A stretch of 64,000 nt of DNA from Laetmonice hystrix (lineage: Eukaryota): NCBI GenBank assembly GCA_965235115.1, contig OZ249437.1:35030001-35094000 (forward strand). Reading direction: 5' to 3'. This document shows positions 14,022 to 26,139 of the stretch, piece by piece. A model generated the notes under the pieces. It was not told the origin of the DNA and did not search any database. It was given only the letters and a program-made list of their open reading frames with translations. The translations under genes were made by a program, and so were the position numbers. How positions within the stretch are numbered: the stretch's first letter is position 1; the number at the start of each line of letters is the position of its first letter.

Positions 14022-14344
14022 GGAAACCCTGTTTTTTTTCGAGGGAAACCATTGTTTGCGGAGGGAAAACACGGTTTTGGGCGAGGAAAACGTTGTTTTT
14101 CCCGAGGGAATGCGGAGGGAAAACACGGTTTTGGGCTAGGAAAACCTTGTTTTTTCCGAGGAAAACCATTGTTTGCGGAGGGAAAACAGGTTCTGGGCTA
14201 GAAAAACCTTGTTTTTTTCCGAGGGAAACCATGGTTTGCGGAGGGAAAACACGGTTTTGGGCTAGGAAAACCGTGTTTTTTCCAAGGGAAACCATGGTTT
14301 GCGGAGGGAAAACACGGTTTTGGGCTAGGAAAACCTTGTTTTTC
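14022..14344. repeat. Minisatellite, about 63 bp unit, about 5 copies
   Basis: Unit GAGGGAAACCATGGTTTGCGGAGGGAAAACACGGTTTTGGGCTAGGAAAACCTTGTTTTTTCC. Confidence 0.92.
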
Positions 14345-17300
14345 ATAGACGTCCCATGTTGCGGATCCCGCCAGATTTAAGTAGAGTACCGAGATACAAA
14401 CGCCTGTAGATCTTATATTATTTGAAGAAACCAACAAAATCAGGGCGTGATCTTGTGGGTAAGTGCGTTAGCTTGATGGATTGTGAGTGAAGTGAGTGAG
14501 TGATTATTGGGATACGTTGCCAAAAAAGAGTAGTGCCAACCTGCCACTACTTCTTTGATTGTAATATAGGCTGTTCTGGTAAAACGCTAGTCAGCAGCGA
14601 AGCAGGGAACTGACTATAGGGCACCGACTTTTCTAACTAGGGCCATGTGAACCCTAGTCAAGGGGACTTTGTTTGAAACCATAACCTGTCAGTTCTATTA
14701 GTAAAACCTTATCTGGTGGAAAAATAAACAACCTACAAGCAGCCCAGTATATAATACATCGGCATATTTCAAAAGCCTTTTTTATGCTGCACGCAAAGAC
14801 TCCTACCCTGAAGATTTTATAGCCATCTTTGAATTGGAAACGACACGATTTACAATGATCCATACCAAAGTCCTAATAAACTACGTGGAGGTGTCGATGT
14901 CGTGTCTGCATTTTTGACCGTGTATAAAGTGTAATACCCAATAATAATATTATGTTGGCCTTTCATCATTGCAGTAAGCAGGAGGAACTATAGAATCTAC
15001 ACGAGTTCTTGTATTATGCATTATGCATTGTATACATGTACCGACATAATCTTGAAGCGCCGTCAGGGAAGGAGACGTACACATGTACGATTATGGTGAG
15101 AAGGACAACCTTTTGGTGGAGCCCATCGCGTGACAAGGACAGGGATTGGAAAGAGTCTGGTGTACCATGGTGGCGTCGTAAAACGATTATCCTGCACACC
15201 CATGGAAAAAATGTTGCTCGAACATTGATGTCATGGTGTTATTGTGTGCTACACTGAACGCTCTCTTCTTGTGACATACTTTCTAGTCTAGAAAAAAGTG
15301 TTTTAATAATCTATCGATCATATATGGATGTCCCGAGTATCTTCATTATTTTCTTCTTTTTTTCACTATTTGGCTTACGATTTGAAAACCACGAAAACCT
15401 TGCGCTCCTAATCATTGGGACAATATTGGCATAGCAATCACTAATAATATAATGGACAGCGATTAGTTCTGAAATCGTGCTAGTTTACTGATAGTAGGGC
15501 AATTATGTTATACAAAACATTGTTCTATAATTGCCTTATCAAAGGCGACAGCAGGAAATCAACGCAAAGCTACTGTGACACTGAGCAACAAGGGGGAAAA
15601 ACGCGCCCATTGACCTCATTATCAGCAATCTAGTCCAACCTGCATTCCTCGTCATTAGTACACATAGCTCTGTGTTATGTACTGTTCTAGTAAATATGTG
15701 GGGACTTCAACGCTTGCTATCTGGAGTTCGCCACGTACATTTGTGACAGTGTGGAAATGGGAGCAGATGGGGGAACTGGACTCCAGCGGGCCTAGATCAA
15801 GTCTAATTTACGTCTGCCCATGATCGGATCGATGCCCGACAGGCCCTATACTATTGTGATGGTTAGGCGGGACTCTATAATGTGGCTGCCTAAACGTAGG
15901 TCGTGGCATAATATACCGTGCCATACATCAGTCCCAATACCGCCCACAGACCAACGCTTCAAAGTTGTGTTTGTAAGTCAACAAGGCTTGCCAGCAGTTC
16001 CGATAAACATATCTGTTTATGATAAAACAATTGCTGCGATGAAGTCATGTGATCAAAGGCCATCGGAGCCAAGTACTTTTGAGAATGCTGAAGTACCAGG
16101 CTTATCTAGACTGCATATACCTTAAATAACGCCGATATAGAGGCTGGTACAATAGAAGATATAAAGGCTATCATATTATTGATCACGTTAAAACTAGTCC
16201 CCATATATCTGGCAACTTTCAATATCTATACGTATGGGCTTACATATTCTGTTCAGCAAATAGTTGAGACTTTTTTAGTTGTGTATTTCTAATGTTTTTA
16301 AAGGGCACCTACCTTCGACTTCGATGGTTGTATTAGGCATCTTGTTGAATCTCCTTCCTCGAAATAAAGTCTAACCCAGGATTACACCACAGAGAAAATC
16401 CACAACCCCTATGTACGGGTAGAACAACAGGAAACCTATGTGTTGTATAATGTGGAAACCATATGTCCGTATATGGCTCTACATATGCATGTGTTAATTT
16501 CCTTGATGATGAGTGCTTTCCGCTCCGCGTCCCTCGCTCCAGGGCCGAGTTCGGGTGCAGGCCGAGGTTTCCAGTTGCCCTATTCCGATACCCGTATAGG
16601 GCCGCCGACGATGGCTGTGACCGAACAAACGATAAAAGTGGCTGGTCCTTCCCGTCCCGCGTCCAGTTGTACACAACCACGAGCCTGATTCCGCCACAGA
16701 GTTTGTCACAAGGCAAGAGAGGCCTCCCTCATCCAAAACTCCTCTCTGTCTGTCGCCTGATGTTTCTGGCCTGTTCCGGGACCATCAACAATTGGGCTTG
16801 GCAGTGACACCGAGGAGAGACACACGACAAAAGTGGGCCAAAACAATTTGACGCTCATGTGTACATGTACATCTACATGTATGTTGAGTATATCACCCAA
16901 GACAGCACAGAGTAATCAAAGTACAGAAAGCAGTATACCGAGGGACAAACATTGAGGTTACAGATGGCATAGGTCAGATATGGGGATGATAAGGCAGGTG
17001 TATGGCCATACGTGTGACAGGTCTTGGTTATAGAAATCAGTTGGACCAATCAATGCCTGACATGCAGAGTCAATACGAGGCGTGACATGTTTAGATAGAG
17101 ACATGGAGAGAGTTCACAATCCATGCATGTCAATGCAGGCGAATATTCTTGTAACTGGTTTCTCCAATGCGTTTCGTTAAGTTGAGAGACGCAATATCTA
17201 ATCAAATGGAAACCCTCATTTCACTCACACCTTTGTGAAACGCATTGTGGTCATAAAAATCTCAGCTAAAGAAGAGAAGATAGGCGGATATAGAGGTTAG

Positions 17301-18991
17301 CTCAAAGGTGATGAAGCGGCCAGAAAAAAAAGAAACTAATTCGAGGCCAAGGAAAAGCAACATGTCGGTTGCTAATTAAGATAGAGATCGCGTGTCGGTT
17401 GTTATATAGCGATGTTAACGTTAGTGTAGATCTAAGATTGATCTTTGGCTGTGATATACGACGGTTTGATCATGATCCAATACCTTCATCCTGACACGGC
17501 CACCAAACGCACGCCACCGGTAACCATCAAAGACCTCGCTCTTTGAGTATGTACACAGGGGGAAAAAACCAACTCATAGACTGCGCACTGCACCACACTT
17601 CTTGTATGATATAGACAGGTTATAAAGGGACTAAAGACCATAACAGAGACACCCTAAGGGGGTAGATTGCGGAGTGCCTGAACTCTTAACGTCTACCCGG
17701 TCTTTACCTAATCGTCATCTCCTGTGTATATGTTGTCACCATTCTCCTTCTTCTCCTTCTTCTGTGCTCTTTCTTCTTTTGCCACCTTGATGGGGTAAAG
17801 AAGACAAAGTGCAACGTGGCTAAACATTATTCGGAATAAGGATCAAGGCAACGGTATTTTACCATTTTGTATCACCGCACCCTGTTGATAGGACATAAAA
17901 TATTAAATTCGGATACGACAATCTAAGTAAAGTTAGCAAGTTTATTTAGGTCGTTCAGCATACGAAACCTGACAGTGTAATTTCGATCGCAATATATAAA
18001 CTCTAACGCCCAAACTACACGAGTAATCAATTATGAAATAACGAGGTTGCCAAGGTTGGGTTGTTCTGTAGAATAAATAATTACAGGACACAGATTCTCA
18101 ACAATTTTTCTGTCATACGTGTTTAATTCTGTCGAATAACAGCGGAATTTTTCTCAGATTGGATTTGTTATGTTACATTTGGATGCGAACGTATTCCGAC
18201 ATTGAAACGGGTTCCAGATTGCTTACAACCAACCAACCATTGATTGCCCTCAACATTAGACTTTAAGAATTATTGTCAATAGGGAGCCGAAGTCTCGTGA
18301 CACAGTTACGGATTTTCTGGATAGGAGGTACAAATGGAGCGTCAATGTTGACACACAATTGTTGCGTCACAAATTTCCCCATTGGTTTAACATAGGATGA
18401 AGAGACATTGTTCCAAAGATCGGCCTAGTCTTGAAGATTTTTGTGTTGTTATGTATAACAGTTACTTATTCAAGCATAAAACAGGTTGATACATATATCT
18501 GGGAAGGTTTCATTACAAAGGGCAGCATAATTACAGAGAAATCACGAGTTGAAGTTGGCAGTTGCCGTTCCCTATGGCCGGCGCAATGCTAAACAAGCGT
18601 GAGCGATAATGACGTGTCAACAAAATCGACTTTTATCGCGTTGTAACGCAACATCTCGTGACCTACTTCGGCTCCCTATCTTGTCTCGCCATATGCATGA
18701 CGTGTGTTTCTTTATCGGCTACTTTTCGACTTTTTATTATCACGCGCATTCTATATATGCCGGTGCCATACAGACTGATTTCAGTATACACGACGTTAAC
18801 TATCGGGCCCAACGAAAGCACAGGAATCGGGAAGTCTTTATAAAACGTTGTTATTTTTTGTTTACTGTTTACTGACACCGAAGGTGGCGTGCCGTAGTCA
18901 TGCGCTAGTCATCGAGTTCTATCCTTCACGAATCAGGAACCGTATCTCGTGACGTGTTTGTATTCTGGTTGAGAATTCTAACTTACGACAG

Positions 18992-19433
18992 CTGATGGAG
19001 GTCACGAAGCTGGCTAGACGGGTGGCGGTGCCACAGCTGGGTGATACCTCCCTCAACATCAACGGCAGTTATTTGAAAAAGTGAAAAACAAAACGTTCCT
19101 TTTTTTCGGATTTGTGACTTTGGAGATTCCAATATTTTAAATGCAGTGTTGCAAAATTGAGTGATTTAGATCATGTTGCTATTTATATGACTAATGTTCA
19201 CTGATAGCTCAAACCGTGCTCAATATTTTATGTTAACCATAATGGATTTCCTGGCGCCTTTTATAAATATGTTGCATGTTTAGCATGGAACACCATTATC
19301 CAGATCCAACATGATTTAGGTATAGCGAATACTGCGTGCATGCATGACAGCTGCATTTTAACCCAGACGGGTGGATCCCAAGGGTAACGGTACATGGTTT
19401 GGTATACGGGGGCTGGTGGCTGGCACGTGGAAG
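18992..19433 (+). CDS. Two candidate exons (18992-19080, 19367-19433) of an unrecognised gene
   Basis: AG/GT-flanked, phase-compatible, stop-free: LMEVTKLARRVAVPQLGDTSLNINGSYLKK-RVDPKGNGTWFGIRGLVAGTWK. No family recognised. Confidence 0.3.
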
Positions 19434-21035
19434 GTGAGAAGCCCAAGGACACATCAAACGACCGTTTTCATTGATCGTCATCCACGTCCCGGCCAAAAAC
19501 GTCTCCATCACACCTGATGGTCTGGTGGTGATGGTGGCGGTGGTGGTGGTAGTGGTGGGTTGGGGGACGGGGGGGGGGGGGGCATCGACGGCTGCTGTAC
19601 TCTGATCGCTATTGATTGCTGATCGCTCGCGTCTGAACTTGACACTTGATCTCAGCAAGGGGACCCGACAGAACCCGTCCCCTATACGTCCATGCACCCT
19701 CCCCTTAAAGTTGTCCATGGACTGTGGCTGTCTCCACGGTCGGGGGCGAGGGTGGGTCGTGTGGAAGGGGTGGGGATTGGGGAGGGGGTAGGGTCAGCCC
19801 GGGGGGTTTCTGGAAGATCCAACCCATCCCCGACGATAAGGACATCCTTAGCGGTACGCGCAGGGCTTCCACAAGAACACATAAAACCACTCACAACAAT
19901 TACAGGTTGCAGGAACTAGTACGAATACCACTTTGGATTCAGGGATGGGTTCCGTGCGCAACATCGCATGAGGATTGACAAGGACGGGTACGAAATATGA
20001 CAGCAGCAGCAGTTCTGCACCCCAAACCATTTCTCACTGGCACTGTTCGGTATAGCCAAGGTTTGGCTGGCTTCGGTCCCTGCATTCTACAAATACATGT
20101 CGTGCTTACGATGTATATCCTGTTAAGTGACCTGTTGTCTTTAATTATCCGGTATTATAGAACAGTGGCAAGCGGTTAATTATCATTCTCGAAATTACTC
20201 CATGTTTGGAGATAGAAGGTAAATACTAGCACGCATATTTTCAAAACAGCCGTGGCTTCCTCCCAATAAATATGCATTGAACGGAGGATTGCCTTTTATC
20301 CTTTCCACATGTACGGCTCTTTGCTATAGACCTTTGTGCCTCCCAAAATAGAATCAAGGAGTGACGTATGTCGTAACGGGGAAGAATCGATCATGGGATG
20401 GCTTCTACAGGAAGATCAATGCCATCAATTATCCCCGTATTTTCAAAAGGGTTATTTCTTTCTTTTACCTATTTACCATGAAAATTTTACAACAGTCTTC
20501 TTGCTTGATGCCTGCTCGGGTTCACTTAATCACGTATGGGGTGCGGGTGGGGGTTGGGGGGGGGGGGTTGTGTGGGGTGTGGGTGGGGTAGGAGATCAAT
20601 ATACAAGGAGAGAATGAGGAAATGTCATTATTTAGAAATCACTGCATCAGAGGACAGGAGATACTGGCGCTGTACTACAGGCTGTCTCGAAAACTAGTCA
20701 TTTAAATAATGTTGTATGAATAAGAAACGTGACAAAAATATATTGTATATTCATGTATATAATAGTTATCGTGGATTCTTCCTTATATAATAGTGGTGTG
20801 ATGTCCTTGGTTCATTTCTCCAAACCACTCTATTCTCGATGGGCGTATAGAATATTACTAAAGATAAGACAACATCATACGAAATAGATACGACATACAC
20901 TATACTGGCACTGGAGGTAAGTAAAACGGTTCTCGAGGTAAATTCTGCTTTGTTTTCTGGAGACGGTGAATGTATAAACAGAATAATAATACTATAGTAA
21001 GCTGACCACACCCCGTTTATGTGGAAAACATCTTA

Positions 21036-21219
21036 AAAGCCAGGAATCCATGTCCTCGTAGGGCGTGATGCGTAATGCGTACTGCGTAGTGCGTATTCAT
21101 CAAAATCAATAAAAACAAGTTGGAGTGATTCCATGTGTGCGTAGTGCGTAATGCGTGTTTTCATTGTTTTGATTACGCAATACGCAATACGCACTACGGA
21201 CACATGGATTCCTGGCTTT
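21036..21219. mobile_element. MITE, about 185 bp
   Basis: Perfect 18-bp TIR AAAGCCAGGAATCCATGT / ACATGGATTCCTGGCTTT; internal TGCGTA / TACGCA subrepeats. Confidence 0.85.
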
Positions 21220-22632
21220 AGTGGACGTTCTTTATGTATGCCTAAAGAGATCTCTTAGACAAAGGTTGTGAAGCCATCCAGCCTTTGGCTTTGATGGTGC
21301 CATAGATAGTTTGTCTGGACTGGAGGACGAGCCGGTGTATGGTATACTTGATCAGTCACTCCATTCTGTTATCTCATACAGGTCCTATCAGATTTCAAAA
21401 ATAAAAGTAATGCAAAATCAATATTTACAATTTGATTCATGCGTACATCAAAACACTTAGTAAAGTAAACCGAGTAACAGATTGTGAAAGGCAACATAAA
21501 TACACGAGACGGCATTCGTACGAAATCTTTCTATTCCAGAAGTGGGCAGGGAATCGAAATTCCATTTCTTTTATTACTGACGCACCTATAGACCGCATGT
21601 GGAATCGTGTACGTGGAAATCCATCACGTGGAAATGAAGGACTCCAGTAGAGGCGAATACACTGGCGATAGCATGCTATAATATACCACTCTCCTATTGA
21701 AACGATGCAGGCCCCTGGCTGTCGGTGGAAATGGACCCCTTTCTGCGTACCGACATCGAAGTGTCTCCATTTTGACAGGGGTCCTTGGCAATATAATCAC
21801 TTCATTCTTTTCAAAACTCTCTCCGTAATTCTATTTGATGAAACTCTGAGAATGTTTGCTGGAGGTCTGAAAGGATTTCCAGGCATCGTCTGAGAGAATT
21901 ATCGAAATATCGGCCAGGATATGAGACCGATACACGGCAATTTGAACTGTTATTACCTGACGGTCGGGATGTAGACAGAGCGCTGTGAGATGGGACAGGG
22001 CGACGCGTCACCTGACAAGGGAGGATATATAGACATACATATTGGCCACCACCACCACCCCCACCACCACCACCACCAGCAGCATCAGGCAAAGTGATAC
22101 GTGTGGAGTGACGGAGCGAGGATGAATAATGAAGCACCGTCCAGCAGTGTATCGATCCTGGACTGGCCTGTTTTCTTATCGATAACTGAGCATGGTTCAA
22201 GCCTGACCGCCCCTCCTATACCAACACACCCACACATGTAGGGGTGCGTGCACGTGCACCCTTGACGGTGTGCCATGAAGCGGGCATCTTTTATATCGAG
22301 GCGACAGACGGGGGTCAGGTTATGGTTATAATTGCCCTCTCTGGATGCCCCCCCCCCCGTCCTCCCCACAAAACTCTACGGACGCTGGACCAACCATGAT
22401 TATTGCAGTTCGAGTGTGCAGTGGTCCTGCACGGACACATTTACAATCTGTAAGCAGAAAGGAGTTTGTGGTTTGTATTTTCTTCTGTTGATAAAGGGGC
22501 AAACCAATTGATACCAAGGGGGGGGGGGGGTATTTCTTTAATAAAAAATATTGTTCCGGAGATGAGCAGGAGAGCTTGTTTTCACCACACATACAATTTT
22601 CAGCAAAATGAGAGACAGCCAGACAAACAGAC

Positions 22633-22683
22633 AGAAAGAAAGAAAGAAAGAAAGAAAGAACGAAAGAAAGAAAGAAAGAAAGA
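22633..22683. repeat. (GAAA)n microsatellite
   Basis: Directly visible. Confidence 0.95.
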
Positions 22684-24270
22684 GATTATATTAATGAAAC
22701 ACTTAAATACATCACACCAAACGAAGGATAAAAATGTTAAATATTAAAGCCATTTTTTTAACCGTTTCATCCCTGGCTATTGTCATTCATGTACATGAAC
22801 AACACCTTTCTTAAGTTATGGTAGGGCCTATATATTATACAACCTCCACTTACTTAACAAATCATCAGTCGCCGACGGTTCATGCCGCTCACGCCACTTT
22901 ATTGTTTGGTTAGCAGATGTTGTGAGCTGATAAAGAAGTCATACCTAACATCTCACCATGACTCGGCAACAAATCCTTCCAGCCACCACGTCCGACGTAG
23001 AAAACTAACATTGGCGTCAGTCGCCGCATGCCGTGGACTGGCTGCGATAAAACGGAACACGGAGTGAGTGGTTTTATAACGATAACGCGTCAAATTGCAC
23101 ACCGCCACATGTGGAGAAATCCACGTCTTTGATTGCTTGTCTAGATTGCGTCCATTGCTCCATATTCACACTCGCTGGAGTCCGTATCGTACTTTGGTAA
23201 AATGGTAATTTCCTGTAGCCGCTCCAAATGAAATCTCTGACGTCGGTTTTCATCAAATAAGAAATTACGATTTGATTTTAATGGTTTCCTCCAATCTCAT
23301 TGCCCATTAATTCAATCCAATGCCTGAATAATAATTATAATGAAAATAATAATGATAATGACGAATTAGGCGGAAAACGTAATTGCTATTTTATTCGATT
23401 TGTTGCACTGGTCCTCCATTAGGCCCTATTACTGGCTTTAACGTTCGAAGTAGTTATGCTGGGTTTTTTCTAAACTACCATATTAACAGCAGTTATATAT
23501 TTTGTATTTTACCCATAATTAAAGCGAAATTTGAGATAACGTTGTAATGTCCATATGTTTTATTCTTTATGGGGCCTACCATATTGAAACCTATAGACGC
23601 ACTATACATTTGGTGGGTATAACTTTGCTTGAATTTGTGGCGAGTCTAATATATCACCTTCCCACAAGTATTGTCCTGGTTTTGGCTAATTGCGACCGAC
23701 AATTTTCACTCCCTATTCCGTCCTAGGCAGACTTGTCCAATTCCCACCATACTGCCAGCGACCACTATTTTCGGGCGGAGGAAGCCGTGTAGACAGGGCG
23801 AAGGGTCGGAGACTGGTGGACTGAGATTCAAAGACTCTCTGCACGTCGCCGACGTCCCTCAAAGGGCCGACTGTTTGTGTCGGTCAGCCTCCTCATTCTC
23901 ACAACGTCCCGACAGTCAGTGGCCGCAGTGGGCCGGCGATATTGAGAAAAACGACCGACGCAGACTGTTCCATTCCCGAGGTCAACTTCAAACGACACAC
24001 ATCCGGACAAAGTACCCTCGCTCTTCTTCTATATCAACCCGGGTATCAACCAGGGTCAAATCTCTCCATCCCGCTATATTTATTTTATACGCCCGTAAAA
24101 CTGGAACCTTTCCCCCAATACAAATGGCCCAGCTGGGTGCACATTTGAAATAAAATACGATGCCTTGCCTCTTCAATGATTGAGGCCCACCTGATGATAA
24201 AGTCTCCCTCCGAAGGGCGAGGAGCAGCTAAGGTATTTCCGAGTTGGAAGCCACTTTTATGAACCATGTT

Positions 24271-24441
24271 GGCCACACTTCAAACAGAGATCGGTCTCTC
24301 CGTTGACGCTGACCAACGCAACGGAAGCGGAAGTGCCTGGAGTTTAATCACTTCCTGCCGTTTGGCGGTTTTCTGACAGTAAAATTACCCAGCACCTGGC
24401 CTAACATAGCGGACACGTCTGTTTGGCAGGGGACCAGGCTA
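24271..24441. mobile_element. Partial copy (one end) of the 45509-45933 MITE family
   Basis: Shares GGCCAC.CTTCAA.CAGA...AACGGAAGCGGAAGTGC...CACCTGGCCTAACATAGCGGA...ACCAGGCTA in inverted orientation. Confidence 0.75.
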
Positions 24442-25854
24442 AATATAAAATGTAGTTCTATCATCAATAGCCTATTGACGTCTTCATTCCCATTCGATGT
24501 GCAAAGCTGTAATTATTATTTTGTAGCAGATAGCTTTATTGTGACTTCTTGCCAACTTGTCAGACTTCGTTCGTACCGCATATAATCGCCTCTGAAAGGA
24601 AATCCCGCTCAAGTATCCGATGCCGCCTTGGGCGTCCCATATTAAAGTGGTCCGCCAGAATATACAGAGGACAATGATGCACTTTATACATTGTCAACTC
24701 TAAAAGGACGCGTATTGAACGACAAGGTCGAGTCAGGCAAAACTCTTTTCCATTTACTGACGGAAACAGAAAATCGAAACCTGCTTTAGATGATGACGGT
24801 CATGCTTTGAGAAAAAACAGCGTAGATGGAGTTCAGCAGATAGCGACAATACACGTGACGCTCTCATGACGTGGACTTGACGTACGGTTTGTGCTGTGGG
24901 GACCACAAACGGCGACACACGGAAGGAAGGCGATTCTCAGAACGCTACCCCCTCCCCTCCACCATCCCTCCAGCGTCCCGGCAAGGGGCTGTCATTCTCC
25001 AGGCCAGACCAAGTCCTCGGGGCCGCCATGCATTCTGTTCTACTTATCAGACGGCTGGGAGGCGCCTCGCCAACAACAATTTATCATCGCTGGTATTCCT
25101 GCTGCAACAATTTGAGAAATCTTATAAAAGCTTTTTCGAATAGGTCCGATTCGGCATTGAGTGTTGCCTATTAGCAATCTTCTTATTTTGACATTACAAT
25201 ATCACACACTCAACGGGACTGAAGGACGACTTCTGCATGCTCTTCACATCATTCAGTCCCAGCTGCCTATATGCAATATTTGCGCATGATATAGAATAGG
25301 TAGATATTTAATTCAATGAAGGCTACTCTGCATCCAATCGAGATGGGTGGACAATATAGGGAGCCAATACTTCTGCAACAACCCAGCTGTGAATGTCTGA
25401 AACCGAGCATGGAATTAGACTGGTCGAGTCTTCACCAGAAACATGGCTTTCGATGTGAAGGGTCCGACTTCAAGTGGCAATGGCCTAAACGAATATGGGA
25501 CGAAAGTATGGAAAGTAGGTAGGAGATGATATTTTAAATTGAGGGAAAATTAAAAAACAATTACCCCCCCCCCCCCATCTCGTAAATTTCAGATATCAAT
25601 ATGAAGTATGCAGGGCGAATTTGATTTGACGAATACTTTGTCTATCACAGGCAAGTCAATTTAACACCACAAAAATCAGAGCCAAGACATCAAAATGTCA
25701 GTATTACGACCTGGAAACAATAAGATTGGAACTCCTTGCAAGGGGATCCACCCCATGTTTATTCATATGACGTTGTAATTTGAACCATCCATGAGAATGT
25801 GGCTCCAGCGGACTGAAAAGGGCCGACATCATTTAAGTTGAAACTCGATCTAGG

Positions 25855-26139
25855 CCTACTTGTTAAGTCATTGCTGGACATGAAGGGCCTACTTGTTAAG
25901 TCATTGCTGGACATGAAGGGCCTACTTGTTAAGTCATTGCAGGACATGAAGGGCCTACTTGTTAAGTCATTGCAGGACATGAAGGGCCTACTTGTTAAGT
26001 CATTGCAGGACATGAAGGGCCTACTTGTTGAGTCATTGCAGGACATGAATGGCCTACTTGTTAAGTCATTGCAGGACATGAAGGGCCTACTTGTTAAGTC
26101 ATTGCAGGACATGAAGGGCCTACTTGTTAAGTCATTGCA
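25855..26139. repeat. Minisatellite, 33 bp unit, about 8.5 copies, plus one detached copy near 26215-26246
   Basis: Unit CCTACTTGTTAAGTCATTGCAGGACATGAAGGG. Confidence 0.95.

Noticed and set aside
13953-14437. Overlapping ORFs on both strands
   Set aside because: By-products of the 63-bp tandem repeat.
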